Virus record (IMG/VR): IMGVR_UViG_2595698595_000001
Span: 96,001-160,000 of that record
Length of the DNA: 64,000 nucleotides
DNA from: a virus
Taxonomy: Duplodnaviria > Caudoviricetes
Direction: 5' to 3' (one strand)
Positions 36,835-46,713 of this stretch are shown piece after piece. How positions within the stretch are numbered: position 1 is the stretch's first letter; the number at the start of each line of letters is the position of its first letter. The position numbers were made by a program, and so were the translations under genes. The notes below the pieces were generated by a model. It worked only from the letters and a program-made list of their open reading frames with translations, ran no database searches and had not been told where the DNA came from.

Positions 36835-37992
36835 ATGAATACAACAAAGAGACGACTATTTTTAATCAAATTCAAAGATTCGTTATCACCTGAATGTATC
36901 GATAAAGATACTATCAGATACAAAGAAATCTACAATGTTTTAAGATTCGTACCAACTAATGAATTCGAAATCAATCTAGTAAATTACGATAATCCGAAAG
37001 TTTCTGAAGAAAATAATCAACAGTATTACAAATACATTCATTATGAAGATTTCAAGAATCTGGAATTACTTGAAACGGATTTGTTAATTTTCTGGACTGG
37101 TTATATTTACGTTCCAACAGATGTCGATGTATCTAAAACTGATGCTTCTAATATTCGAGCATTTTATGAATGTTTAGAATCTACAAGAAATAAAGATAAC
37201 AAGCGATATCTGATTTGTACAGATACTAGATGTCCATTGATTAAGCCTGGTTTTTATTCAAGTAATGAAATATTCAAAGAAGAACTTAAGGATATCAATA
37301 TCGATGACATTCATTTGACATACCTAACACAAGCTATCGATCCTGAAGCATTTATCGAAATCGTTAAATCTTCAGAAATTAATAGTGTTCATAAAAATGT
37401 ATCAGCTATTCATATGAAGCTACATTTAGCTCCGTTAGTTTCACATGACATTCCAAAGATTAAGGAAAATCATAATGGTAAGTTTTTCTATTACGCTGGT
37501 GACTTACGTGATATCAGTAAACATAGATACGATAATATCATTAAGTTCTATTCAGTAGATTCTTCAGATTTATCAGTTAAACCATTGATAGCTTCAAACG
37601 TTCATCCAGATATTTACGATAAATTACCAAATGTTGAATTTATCAATAAGATACCATATTCTGAAGTTCCTGTAAGATTAAATGAAATGTTCGCTTCTGT
37701 TTGTTTCTCTGAAGCTGATTACGAAAAATGTAGACTTTTACCAAATCGTATTGCTGAAGGTATTGCTGCAAAAACACTTTTATTGATTCATCATAATATC
37801 GATCCAGAACGTAAGTTGAATTTAGAACCTTTACAGTATTTCGAAACTGTTGAAGACTTTAAGAAATCTTTGAAGTATTATTCAGAAAAACCTCATAGAC
37901 GTATTAACGCTATCAACAATCAACGTTATCAACTTTCGATAGAAGGTGATTTAGATGCTTTTCAGTTTTCAAGGGACTTTAGTACTATTTAA
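36835..37992 (+). CDS. GT-B DNA glycosyltransferase, paralog of 35657
   Basis: Same FWTGY, CTDTRCP, YLTQA, IPYSE, PNR..EG motifs. Confidence 0.65.
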   Translation: MNTTKRRLFLIKFKDSLSPECIDKDTIRYKEIYNVLRFVPTNEFEINLVNYDNPKVSEENNQQYYKYIHYEDFKNLELLETDLLIFWTGYIYVPTDVDVSKTDASNIRAFYECLESTRNKDNKRYLICTDTRCPLIKPGFYSSNEIFKEELKDINIDDIHLTYLTQAIDPEAFIEIVKSSEINSVHKNVSAIHMKLHLAPLVSHDIPKIKENHNGKFFYYAGDLRDISKHRYDNIIKFYSVDSSDLSVKPLIASNVHPDIYDKLPNVEFINKIPYSEVPVRLNEMFASVCFSEADYEKCRLLPNRIAEGIAAKTLLLIHHNIDPERKLNLEPLQYFETVEDFKKSLKYYSEKPHRRINAINNQRYQLSIEGDLDAFQFSRDFSTI

Positions 37993-37995
37993 TAT

Positions 37996-39228
37996 ATGAA
38001 TAAACCATTAATACTTAGAGAACTAATATTCCAACAATATTCTAGTTACGATAAGAACATCCAGATGTACAACATACATCTGGATGGTAACTTAAATGCT
38101 ACATTACATGCAATTTGTAACGATTTCAAAGTTATGACAAATGTAGCATTACATTTGAAACGTAATTTCCATCTAGAATATACAATCACTATTCCAAAGA
38201 ATACAAAACCTAATTCGTTAACATTGATTACTAATTTCGTAGAAGGTTTAGAAAAACTGATATCTAACGAAAACGTTTCATTATCCATCGTATTCAAAAA
38301 TATCAAATATAGAAACTCTGCTAAAGAAAATCGAGATAACGGTGAATGGATATTAGCAGATGGTATTAACGAAATCGATATTAACGAATTCGATTCTATA
38401 TCAACTAATTTCGAAAAATCTTTAGACTTAGTTAGTTCTTTCGAAGCTTTATACAATTGGAAATCTGAAGTATCTGAAGCTTTTAGAATCCTAGACATTA
38501 AGAAACGTAGATTCAGTTCTAGATTAAACGTTTCGTTACATTCTAAGGAAGATGAACGTGAATATCTTAAAGGTCTTGAGAAGAACTGTTCAACACTTTT
38601 CGCATTTTCAGATTCTGTGACATTACATAATCAAGCTCAATTAGATTACATAAAGAATTATTATGTTTCAGATACATATGATAAATTTAGACTTTTGAAT
38701 GGTAAAATAAACAAAGGTTTTAATGCTGAATTTATAGAATATCAAATGTCATTTTACAAATCTGTAAATACGATAAAGAAAAATCAATTGATTCAGTTCT
38801 TCGAAAACTATGATATAGAATACATATTTCCTTTTAGACTAACTGACCCGGATTGGGGATTTCAAAATCTTACTGATGAAGAGAAATCAAAAACTGTAGT
38901 AACTGATCCAACGAATTCGATACTATTAGTAACTGATGAAATACAAAAAGCTTTCATCGAATGTGTCAGAGGTTTGGATAAACGTACATTATTATTTACG
39001 TTATTCGATCTTATCAGAACTAAGAAAATAGATGTAAAGATTCCACTGTTTTCTAATCCTTTGAATATTTTACATCAGACAAGTATCGAAATACTTTATT
39101 TGATATACGATAATATCGATTTCAGATTCGATAAACATGATACTTTCGAAACTGACATTTACGATATGTTCTATGTAACTGGGAATACAACAAATTGGTT
39201 AAACAAAATAACAAAAACAAATGACTAA
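37996..39228 (+). CDS. Putative glycosyltransferase-like protein of the cytosine modification cluster
   Basis: YN..LDGN, FPFRLTD, VTDP motifs; overlaps the TS homolog. Confidence 0.4.
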   Translation: MNKPLILRELIFQQYSSYDKNIQMYNIHLDGNLNATLHAICNDFKVMTNVALHLKRNFHLEYTITIPKNTKPNSLTLITNFVEGLEKLISNENVSLSIVFKNIKYRNSAKENRDNGEWILADGINEIDINEFDSISTNFEKSLDLVSSFEALYNWKSEVSEAFRILDIKKRRFSSRLNVSLHSKEDEREYLKGLEKNCSTLFAFSDSVTLHNQAQLDYIKNYYVSDTYDKFRLLNGKINKGFNAEFIEYQMSFYKSVNTIKKNQLIQFFENYDIEYIFPFRLTDPDWGFQNLTDEEKSKTVVTDPTNSILLVTDEIQKAFIECVRGLDKRTLLFTLFDLIRTKKIDVKIPLFSNPLNILHQTSIEILYLIYDNIDFRFDKHDTFETDIYDMFYVTGNTTNWLNKITKTND

Positions 39229-39928
39229 AATACAAGATAAACAAGAATTCGATAGTTTAGATGAAGCTTATCTAACTTTACTAAAAAGTTTGATCGATTT
39301 AGAACCTAACGAATTAGGTGAACGTGAAATGTTTGGTATCGCTTTCGATATCAAAAATATTGATGAAACTGATCCTAAAACTAATTTCAGTAAAATCAAA
39401 GAACGTAATATCAATTTAGTATTTCAAAATGCTTTCGCTCGTTGGTTAATGTCAGGTTCTAATTCAGCTGATGAGCTTTTACCACTGAATAAACGAACTT
39501 CTCAGTTTAATGAAATCGAAGGTAGAAATCTTCTATATCCACCACGTATTCAGAATCAAATTTATGACATAGTTGATGAATTAACCGAAAATCCTATGTC
39601 AAGACGTGCTACATTATTGATACTTGACGAAAGGGATCAGATAGTTAGAAAAGAAAAACGTGAGAAATCTGATTGTAAGAAAGAATATCCTTGTACAATA
39701 GCATTACATTTCTTTATTCGTAATAACAGATTACATTCAAATGTTATGATGCGTTCTAATAATGCTGTTAAAACTATATGTTTCGATTTTTCTAATTTCG
39801 CTTTCGTACAAAATTGTATAGCTAGAGAATTAGATTTGAAAGCTGGAACTATGCATTATTACATATCAAATGCTCACATTTTACCTGAAGATTATGAACA
39901 TGCTTTAAAAATCTGTGAAGCTAACTAA
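39221..39928 (+). CDS. Thymidylate synthase homolog, dCMP-modifying (gp42-like hydroxymethylase/hydroxylase)
   Basis: SRRA, YPCT, FFIR, MRSNN...FD (Asp at pyrimidine-specificity position), NAHI. Confidence 0.8.
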   Translation: MTKIQDKQEFDSLDEAYLTLLKSLIDLEPNELGEREMFGIAFDIKNIDETDPKTNFSKIKERNINLVFQNAFARWLMSGSNSADELLPLNKRTSQFNEIEGRNLLYPPRIQNQIYDIVDELTENPMSRRATLLILDERDQIVRKEKREKSDCKKEYPCTIALHFFIRNNRLHSNVMMRSNNAVKTICFDFSNFAFVQNCIARELDLKAGTMHYYISNAHILPEDYEHALKICEAN

Positions 39929-39976
39929 GAAACATTCGAATTGAGTTTGGTAATATTATACCAAACTCAATTTAAC

Positions 39977-41134
39977 ATGGCTAGAATAATAAAACTAGCA
40001 ATAATTGGTAACAGTGAGTATAACGATTTCGATCAGTTTACGAATCAGGTTACTGATGTATTGCAAAAATTAAAGAACACTACAGAAGACGTTTTGATCG
40101 AATATCATTACGTATCGATTGGTAGTAAATTAGGTGAATTGTCGAAGAGATTTCTAAATGCTAACCCAAAGCAACTCTATTCATCTCATACTATTCAATA
40201 CAAGAATCTTAATGCTAAACCTTGTACTGTAAGAATAGATAAGAACGGTGATTCTTATAACAGTTTAGCTCCTTTAGCTACACTTATAAATCTAATGAAT
40301 GTAGCAGATTATGTAATAGCTTTCTGGAATGGTACTGAAAAAGATTCTTTCATAAAAAGGGCTTTGACTAAATTCAAATCGAAATATTCTAAGAATTCTG
40401 AATATCGACAAAGATTACGAATAGTAAAATTCGAATCAGCTTGGATGCAAGCAAAAGGTGATTATGTTAAAGACATAGATCAGAATAAGGATTCATTGTT
40501 TTCAAAAGATTCTAAAGAATCGTATGTAACGATTAAAACTAAATTGAATACTATCAATCAGTCAGGATTAACACATGACGAGATAAACAAAAAGTTCAAT
40601 GATGTTGTAAAGAATCTAACAATAACTACTGAATCGCATTTACATGGTCCTAACTTTAAAATGTTACATGGTAATGGATCGTTAGAAGGTAAGCATACTA
40701 TCAGAATAAGTGGAACTCTCAGAAAGACTATGAATATCGAAAATCTTAACGATAATAACATAGCAACTGTAGCCTTTTATCTACCTGTAAATGAATTTGC
40801 AGATTTACTAAAGTTCATAATTTGGTGTCATGAAAACATAAAGATTATGGATGTTTCAGAAACTACAGAACTTCATAATAACGATGCTATAAATCCTCAA
40901 TGGTCTTACATGAATCATAAGGGTGAAAGTGTACATTTCTGTTACTATGAACAGAAACTTCCTGAAGTATCTTTCCAAATGATTAAGATGTATTCGATAG
41001 TTAACAATGTATCATACGAACAATTCGTAAATCTTTCACAATGGGGATTGTTTAACGCTAAAGGTTCTATCGTTTTCAAAGCTAGGAAATACTTGGAATG
41101 TTTACATGATTTGAAACTTATCCAAAAAGATTAG
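39977..41134 (+). CDS. SLOG (YspA-like) domain fused to unknown domain
   Basis: LAIIGNSEYNDF...ADYVIAFWNG; promoter AGAAAC-N17-TAATAT at 39928-39956 favours ATG 39977. Confidence 0.5.
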   Translation: MARIIKLAIIGNSEYNDFDQFTNQVTDVLQKLKNTTEDVLIEYHYVSIGSKLGELSKRFLNANPKQLYSSHTIQYKNLNAKPCTVRIDKNGDSYNSLAPLATLINLMNVADYVIAFWNGTEKDSFIKRALTKFKSKYSKNSEYRQRLRIVKFESAWMQAKGDYVKDIDQNKDSLFSKDSKESYVTIKTKLNTINQSGLTHDEINKKFNDVVKNLTITTESHLHGPNFKMLHGNGSLEGKHTIRISGTLRKTMNIENLNDNNIATVAFYLPVNEFADLLKFIIWCHENIKIMDVSETTELHNNDAINPQWSYMNHKGESVHFCYYEQKLPEVSFQMIKMYSIVNNVSYEQFVNLSQWGLFNAKGSIVFKARKYLECLHDLKLIQKD

Positions 41135-41165
41135 TACTTTATATTTAATCAAATACTTATACAAC

Positions 41166-41708
41166 ATGAAACATTTAATGACTATTTTCATGATGTTAAT
41201 AGTTTCATTAACGTCATGTAACAAAGAGGAAATCATAGAACCTGAACCACCAAAGAAAATCAAATACGAATTGTTTCTTTGGTCTCCCGCTAGAATGGAA
41301 ACTTATTTTCTGATACGAGATGATTCAGATAAGCAATATCAAAGTTTCTTAGATTACGCTGATTGGAATATGTTTGCAGGTCCTGAAGATCGTAATAAAT
41401 CTGAAATTACATTTTCAGGTGAAATGTTAGAATCTGAAACTTTAAGATTCCATTTACGTGGATTAGATTACGATTTAATGCCAATGGAATATAATTTCAA
41501 GGATTTCGTTTTAACTATAGACGATGAAATTGTTTATGTCGATAAAGGTATCAGAATACATGAAATTCAAATCATATATGAAGCTAAAACTGGTAAGGTT
41601 ACTGTAAACAAAAATACTAATTACGATAACGAATTACCACGTATTCCAGCTGACAGACTTGATAGCTATTATCGACCTAACTATACTATCAAAAGACCTA
41701 GAAATTAA
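41166..41708 (+). CDS. Lipoprotein (SPII), Bacteroidota-type surface export signal
   Basis: MKH-hydrophobic-LTSC then NKEE; promoter TGAAAC-N17-TACTTT at 41112-41140. Confidence 0.7.
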   Translation: MKHLMTIFMMLIVSLTSCNKEEIIEPEPPKKIKYELFLWSPARMETYFLIRDDSDKQYQSFLDYADWNMFAGPEDRNKSEITFSGEMLESETLRFHLRGLDYDLMPMEYNFKDFVLTIDDEIVYVDKGIRIHEIQIIYEAKTGKVTVNKNTNYDNELPRIPADRLDSYYRPNYTIKRPRN

Positions 41709-41738
41709 AACTTACCGTTTCGCAATACCCTTCTCAAT

Positions 41739-41766
41739 GAAAACCTGATAGAAATATCAGGTTTTC
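41739..41766 (+). terminator. Hairpin terminator, GAAA loop
   Basis: GAAAACCTGATA-GAAA-TATCAGGTTTTC. Confidence 0.7.
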
Positions 41767-41771
41767 TAGTT

Positions 41772-41800
41772 TGAAACTTTGTTCAAATCATTAGTACTAT
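41772..41800 (+). promoter_or_regulatory. Early/middle promoter TGAAAC-N17-TACTAT for rml operon
   Basis: Consensus match. Confidence 0.7.
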
Positions 41801-41822
41801 TCATTTAAATCAAATAATAATT

Positions 41823-42845
41823 ATGTCAAATATTAAACGTTCAGTTCTTGTAACTGGTGCTCTTGGATTCATTGGTTCTAATTTCGTTAGAACTATGGCA
41901 AAAAGATATCCAGATTACTTATTCATTCCACTTGATAATTTCGGATATGCTGCAAACCTGGAACATATCCCAGTCTTTGAAAAACTTACAAACGTTACAA
42001 AAGTTCAAGAAATAACTTTAGGTAGTTTCGATGAAGCTGAAAACTTTATTCTAGCTTCAATTTTCAAAACTTATGACATTGATACTGTGGTACATTTTGC
42101 TGCTGAATCACATGTCGATAATTCGATTTCTAATCCTGACATATTCGTTTTAGCTAATGTCAAAGGTACTGTCGATTTATTGAATGTTGCTAAGAATTAT
42201 TGGGCTGATCGTAAAGATGTAATATTCCATCATGTTTCAACCGATGAAGTATTTGGGGCTCTTGGAATGGAAGGTTCATTTAACGATGATTCTAATTACG
42301 ACCCACATTCACCTTATTCAGCTTCAAAAGCTGCAAGTGATATGTTCGTTAAAGCTTATGCTACGACTTACAATATGTTAGTATCGATTTCTAATTGTTC
42401 AAATAACTTCGGACCATATCAACACAAGGAAAAACTGATTCCAAAAGTTTTAGACGCAATTAAGAACAAAACTGAAATACCTCTTTACGGACATGGTCAA
42501 AATGTTAGAGATTGGTTACATGTTTTAGATCATAACGACGCTATAGATATGATTATCCATCATACTTTGAAATCTAAAGAATCTCGTAGAACTTGGTTAA
42601 TCGGTGGAGGTGTTGAATTAACAAATATAGAATTAATCGATAGACTAACAGAATCTGCTAATGAACATGATAATACATTTGATTATAAGTCATTGATTAA
42701 ATTCGTATCAGATCGTGCTGGTCATGATTTACGATATTCAATAGATTCTAGCACCTTACGTAAAGAACTTGAATGGAAGCCAAAATACGACATTACTAAA
42801 TGTATACCTTACATGATCGGAGAAACTTTAGGATTTACGAAATAA
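41823..42845 (+). CDS. rmlB: dTDP-glucose 4,6-dehydratase
   Basis: VTGALGFIGS, HFAAESHVDNSI, HVSTDEVFG, PYSASKA, RDWLHV.DH, DRAGHD.RY. Confidence 0.95.
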   Translation: MSNIKRSVLVTGALGFIGSNFVRTMAKRYPDYLFIPLDNFGYAANLEHIPVFEKLTNVTKVQEITLGSFDEAENFILASIFKTYDIDTVVHFAAESHVDNSISNPDIFVLANVKGTVDLLNVAKNYWADRKDVIFHHVSTDEVFGALGMEGSFNDDSNYDPHSPYSASKAASDMFVKAYATTYNMLVSISNCSNNFGPYQHKEKLIPKVLDAIKNKTEIPLYGHGQNVRDWLHVLDHNDAIDMIIHHTLKSKESRRTWLIGGGVELTNIELIDRLTESANEHDNTFDYKSLIKFVSDRAGHDLRYSIDSSTLRKELEWKPKYDITKCIPYMIGETLGFTK

Positions 42846-43417
42846 TGAAAAACATACCAGCAGGAATTGAAGGATGTATTTTTATACAGAATTCACAATT
42901 TAAAGATGAACGTGGATCGTTCAGAGAAACTTTCAGTAAAGAACGATTATCGTTCATATGTAAACATGAATTTGTTCAGGACAATGTTTCGATATCACAT
43001 AAGAATGTATTACGTGGAATGCATATTCAAACAGGTGATTCTGTACAAGGTAAACTTGTTACATGTCTTAAAGGTAGATTAATCGATTTAGTTGTAGACA
43101 TTCGTAAAGATTCTCTTACTTACGGTAAGACTATTACAGTATTACTACATGAACCAAATATGTCGTTATTTGTACCACGTGGTTGTCTACATGGATTCAT
43201 ATCATTAGAAGACGATACAATCATGCATTACAAATGTGATAACTATTATTCGAAAGAACATGAAGTATCTTATGACCCTTTAAGTTTACCGGAAAATATA
43301 TTCATACAAATCGAACAGGGTTTTAATATCGGTATAGACGATTTGATTATCAATTCTAAAGACAGAACTGGTAAAATGATCTATACTAACGAAGGAATTT
43401 TAAGTTCATTCATTTAA
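42845..43417 (+). CDS. rmlC: dTDP-4-dehydrorhamnose 3,5-epimerase
   Basis: DERGSF.E, QDNVS.S..NVLRGMH.Q, QGKLV, HGF, YKCDNYY; TAATG coupling at 42845. Confidence 0.93.
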   Translation: MKNIPAGIEGCIFIQNSQFKDERGSFRETFSKERLSFICKHEFVQDNVSISHKNVLRGMHIQTGDSVQGKLVTCLKGRLIDLVVDIRKDSLTYGKTITVLLHEPNMSLFVPRGCLHGFISLEDDTIMHYKCDNYYSKEHEVSYDPLSLPENIFIQIEQGFNIGIDDLIINSKDRTGKMIYTNEGILSSFI

Positions 43418-43420
43418 CAT

Positions 43421-44302
43421 ATGCTTACAAGAAATAGAAAAGGAATTATTTTAGCAGGTGGGTCTGGGACCCGCTTGCATCCATTGACTATCAGTGTTTC
43501 GAAACAGTTATTACCTGTATACGATAAACCAATGATTTACTATCCATTGACAACTCTTATCGAAGCTGGTATAAACGAAATACTTATAATATCAACACCA
43601 CAGGATAGAAATTCTTTCGAGAACTTACTAGGTAACGGTTCACAATTTGGTGTTAGAATAGAATACGCTGTTCAAGAAAAACCTAATGGTTTAGCACAAG
43701 CTTTCGTTATCGGTGAAGAATTCATAGGTAAATCTAAAGTAGCTCTGATTTTAGGTGACAACATTTTCCATGCTTCTAATATAGATAGATTACTTATGGA
43801 AGCTAATATGTCTGATAAAAATACGATATTTGCATATCGTGTAAATGATCCTCAGAGATATGGTGTAGTTGAATTCGATGAATATGATAACGCTGTTTCG
43901 ATCGAAGAAAAACCTTTGAATCCTAAATCTAATTACGCAGTACCAGGCTTATATTTCTATAATAACGATGTTATCGAAGTAGCTAAGACTATCAAACCTT
44001 CAGCTCGTGGAGAATACGAAATATCAGATATTAACGCATATTACTTAGATAAGAATCAATTATCAGTTAAAGCTTTTGACAGAAGTGGTACTACATGGTT
44101 AGATACTGGTACTATTCAGTCTTTAGCTGAAGCTTCTTTATTTGTTGAAGTCATGCAAAATCGTACCGGTAATTTAATAGGTAGCCCCGAAGAAGCTGCA
44201 TTTAGACATGATGAAATATCTAAAGACTCATTAATTGAATCTGCTAAGAAATATGATAAGTCTGGTTATGGTGAGTATCTTTTGAAACTTGTACAGAAAT
44301 GA
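43421..44302 (+). CDS. rmlA: Glucose-1-phosphate thymidylyltransferase
   Basis: GIILAGGSGTRLHPLT, SKQLLPVYDKPMIYYPL, LILGDNIF, EEKP, PSARGE.EI, WLDTGT. Confidence 0.97.
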   Translation: MLTRNRKGIILAGGSGTRLHPLTISVSKQLLPVYDKPMIYYPLTTLIEAGINEILIISTPQDRNSFENLLGNGSQFGVRIEYAVQEKPNGLAQAFVIGEEFIGKSKVALILGDNIFHASNIDRLLMEANMSDKNTIFAYRVNDPQRYGVVEFDEYDNAVSIEEKPLNPKSNYAVPGLYFYNNDVIEVAKTIKPSARGEYEISDINAYYLDKNQLSVKAFDRSGTTWLDTGTIQSLAEASLFVEVMQNRTGNLIGSPEEAAFRHDEISKDSLIESAKKYDKSGYGEYLLKLVQK

Positions 44303-44312
44303 AAAACAAGAC

Positions 44313-44366
44313 TTGGAATGCTGTTTAAACAGCATTCCAATCTTTAGTATAATCAATTTATACATA
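44313..44366 (+). terminator. Palindromic terminator overlapping early (TTAAAC-N17-TATAAT) and late (TATACATA 44359-44366) motifs
   Basis: TTGGAATGCTGTTTAAACAGCATTCCAA. Confidence 0.65.
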
Positions 44367-44389
44367 TATCTATAAACTATTTAGAACTA

Positions 44390-45184
44390 ATGAAACACAG
44401 AAGTAAAATTCTAACGTGGGCTTATTGGTTAGCTTCCAGAGAAGCTGCAGCAGTCTTCGTTCTAATGGGTATCATTTCCCAATTCTCTCATGTTTATTTC
44501 ATAACATACGAAATCTCATCACTCGTTGGATTCTGGAAAATAGCTCAAGCTATTATCATGTCTTTGTTTTTCTCATGTGGTCTTGCATACTTCATTTTAC
44601 GTGGTGTAAATGAAGACGATGATTCTAAAGAAAACAAGAGGTCTAAGAATCTGATATTACTTTTCACTTGGATTGAAGCTCTTATTAACTTTGCTTATTG
44701 GGGTGGTCATTTGATTTATGATCCATTAATGAACAATGAACAAGTTAACTGGTTCCAATTTGGTATTTCTATTCCATTCGCGGTATTGATTCCAGTATTG
44801 TTGAAAGCTTATGGATTCTCTATCTTAGTTAATGAACCTTCTATGATTGAAGAAATCGAAGAAGAAACTTCAGATATCAGTGAAACTATGTACAATGAAT
44901 TACTTGATAAACTGAAAGAATCTGAAGAGAAATACAAAAATCTACAAGGTGCTTACAAAATGAAATTCACTGGTGAAACTGGCGGAAACAAAGTTATAGA
45001 TGTTGAATTACAACCTAAAGATTTATCAGTTATTGAAGAAACTAAATCTGAAGAATCGATTATAGAAGAACCTATAACTAACGAAATCGAAGAAACTGTA
45101 AAAGTTGAAGAACCTAAACGTTTATCAGTTACTGAAGAAATCGATTTAGAAATGCAAAAGATAAATGAGCAACAATCTACTTAA
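44390..45184 (+). CDS. Multi-pass membrane protein with acidic C-terminal tail
   Basis: About four hydrophobic helices. Confidence 0.65.
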   Translation: MKHRSKILTWAYWLASREAAAVFVLMGIISQFSHVYFITYEISSLVGFWKIAQAIIMSLFFSCGLAYFILRGVNEDDDSKENKRSKNLILLFTWIEALINFAYWGGHLIYDPLMNNEQVNWFQFGISIPFAVLIPVLLKAYGFSILVNEPSMIEEIEEETSDISETMYNELLDKLKESEEKYKNLQGAYKMKFTGETGGNKVIDVELQPKDLSVIEETKSEESIIEEPITNEIEETVKVEEPKRLSVTEEIDLEMQKINEQQST

Positions 45185-45506
45185 ATCTATAGTCAATTTC
45201 GATATTGACAAAGCTACAAAAGATTATACCAAGTTCTTAGAAACAGAACAAGCTGAAACTGTTATGAACAGTATCTTGCTAAACTATTCTGAGAACTTAG
45301 GTAGAATCGTAGAAGTAGCACATAAGGAAATGTCAGAAGATATTCTTGAACAAATACTTCAAAGATATTCTAACAATATGCTAAAGCTTTGGAATAATCT
45401 TCAAAATCTACATAAAGAATCTTATTTCGAATTCAATTTAGATAATCCTTTTAAAGACGAATTAGCAAAAAACGACAAAGAACTTTCTAATCTATTATTT
45501 AAATGA
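45165..45506 (+). CDS. Hypothetical protein
   Basis: 113 aa ORF. Confidence 0.55.
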   Translation: MSNNLLKSIVNFDIDKATKDYTKFLETEQAETVMNSILLNYSENLGRIVEVAHKEMSEDILEQILQRYSNNMLKLWNNLQNLHKESYFEFNLDNPFKDELAKNDKELSNLLFK

Positions 45507-46165
45507 CCAAAATAAATGATATCGGTTTCGCTAAACTGAATTTAATCACAGCTTATGATGCTGTAGTTACATGTTTCAAAGATGTTGAAAAACTATTTAG
45601 AAACGATGATCATCTACATGAACTTAAATCTGTAGAATATTACAAAGGACAAGGATTACCTTATGAATTGCTAATCGAACGTTTATATCACGAACTTTCA
45701 AGACATCCAGTTTTCAAAGTCTATACTAAACGTAAGCATGTGAATAATATCAGTTTGATTAAAGGATGGGCTGAATTACTTAGTAATGCTAATATAAAAT
45801 CGACTTATAGTTTAGAACAAGTTTTCAAATCTGTATTTCAAAATGTTAAAACTACAGTTTACGATGGTCAACGTTCAGCTATTCAAATATTCTCACATTC
45901 TTTTACGAACAAAGAAACTAATGTTAAAGTTTCTGATTTAACTGAGATTCCTGATAAAGCTATAAGGATAACTAAATCAGAAACTGTTGATTCTATGTAT
46001 CTTATCGAAGAAACAGAATCTTATTGTAGATACGCTTTCAAGGAATATGAAGACTCCAGAATATTCGATTTAAAGATTTTGAAAGCTTCACCATATCTAG
46101 AAAATCGTCATTATACAGGATATTCTATATCTGACGCAGTTGCTTACATTTTATTTTTACGATAA
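45503..46165 (+). CDS. Hypothetical protein
   Basis: 220 aa ORF. Confidence 0.6.
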   Translation: MTKINDIGFAKLNLITAYDAVVTCFKDVEKLFRNDDHLHELKSVEYYKGQGLPYELLIERLYHELSRHPVFKVYTKRKHVNNISLIKGWAELLSNANIKSTYSLEQVFKSVFQNVKTTVYDGQRSAIQIFSHSFTNKETNVKVSDLTEIPDKAIRITKSETVDSMYLIEETESYCRYAFKEYEDSRIFDLKILKASPYLENRHYTGYSISDAVAYILFLR

Positions 46166-46371
46166 TGAGTAGATGGAAATTATCAGACGGTTCTAGTGCT
46201 GTCGAGGAAGTATTCAATGAACTTGGAATCGTTAATGAAGAAAACATACAAGTTACTATAGATATTTGGAAAGATAGTTTAACTGATATCACTGATATCA
46301 CTTTATTGCAGAAAACTAAAGACGATATCGAAATTTTCAAAGACATGTTAAAACATATGAAAAATCTGTAA
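46165..46371 (+). CDS. Hypothetical protein
   Basis: 68 aa, TAATG coupling. Confidence 0.5.
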   Translation: MSRWKLSDGSSAVEEVFNELGIVNEENIQVTIDIWKDSLTDITDITLLQKTKDDIEIFKDMLKHMKNL

Positions 46372-46375
46372 ATAA

Positions 46376-46455
46376 AAACCCATGTAACTGAAACTTACAT
46401 GGGTTTCGTAGTATAATACATTTAATTAATTAAATGCATTTCGTTACTTTGTAAC
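46376..46455 (+). promoter_or_regulatory. Stem-loop promoter cassette plus GTTACTTTGTAAC palindrome
   Basis: AAACCCATGTAA-CTGAAAC-TTACATGGGTTT; TATAAT 46412; palindrome 46443-46455. Confidence 0.8.
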
Positions 46456-46480
46456 ATATATACAAAAAATACTTTCAATT

Positions 46481-46684
46481 ATGGCTAAAACTACATTAAC
46501 TCCACAAGAAATCGAAAAGGCTAAGGAATATTTCGGAAGAGGTGAATATCTTCATTTGGAAATCGTTTCGTGGAAAGACGAACCGTCATCATTCCCTTTC
46601 GTGACTTCATTGGAAGAGCTTATTAATGCTTTCAAACTTTGGGGTGACGCTAAAGATGTAAGACGTCTTTCGATCGAATGGTAA
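46481..46684 (+). CDS. Small early hypothetical protein
   Basis: TTTCAATTATG start. Confidence 0.6.
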   Translation: MAKTTLTPQEIEKAKEYFGRGEYLHLEIVSWKDEPSSFPFVTSLEELINAFKLWGDAKDVRRLSIEW

Positions 46685-46713
46685 TCTATTTCTAACTTTT
46701 ATTTTTTTCAATT

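Noticed and set aside
41823-44302. Bacterial O-antigen locus or host contamination
   Set aside because: Same composition and phage-type promoter as the flanks; no flippase or polymerase; embedded among phage genes
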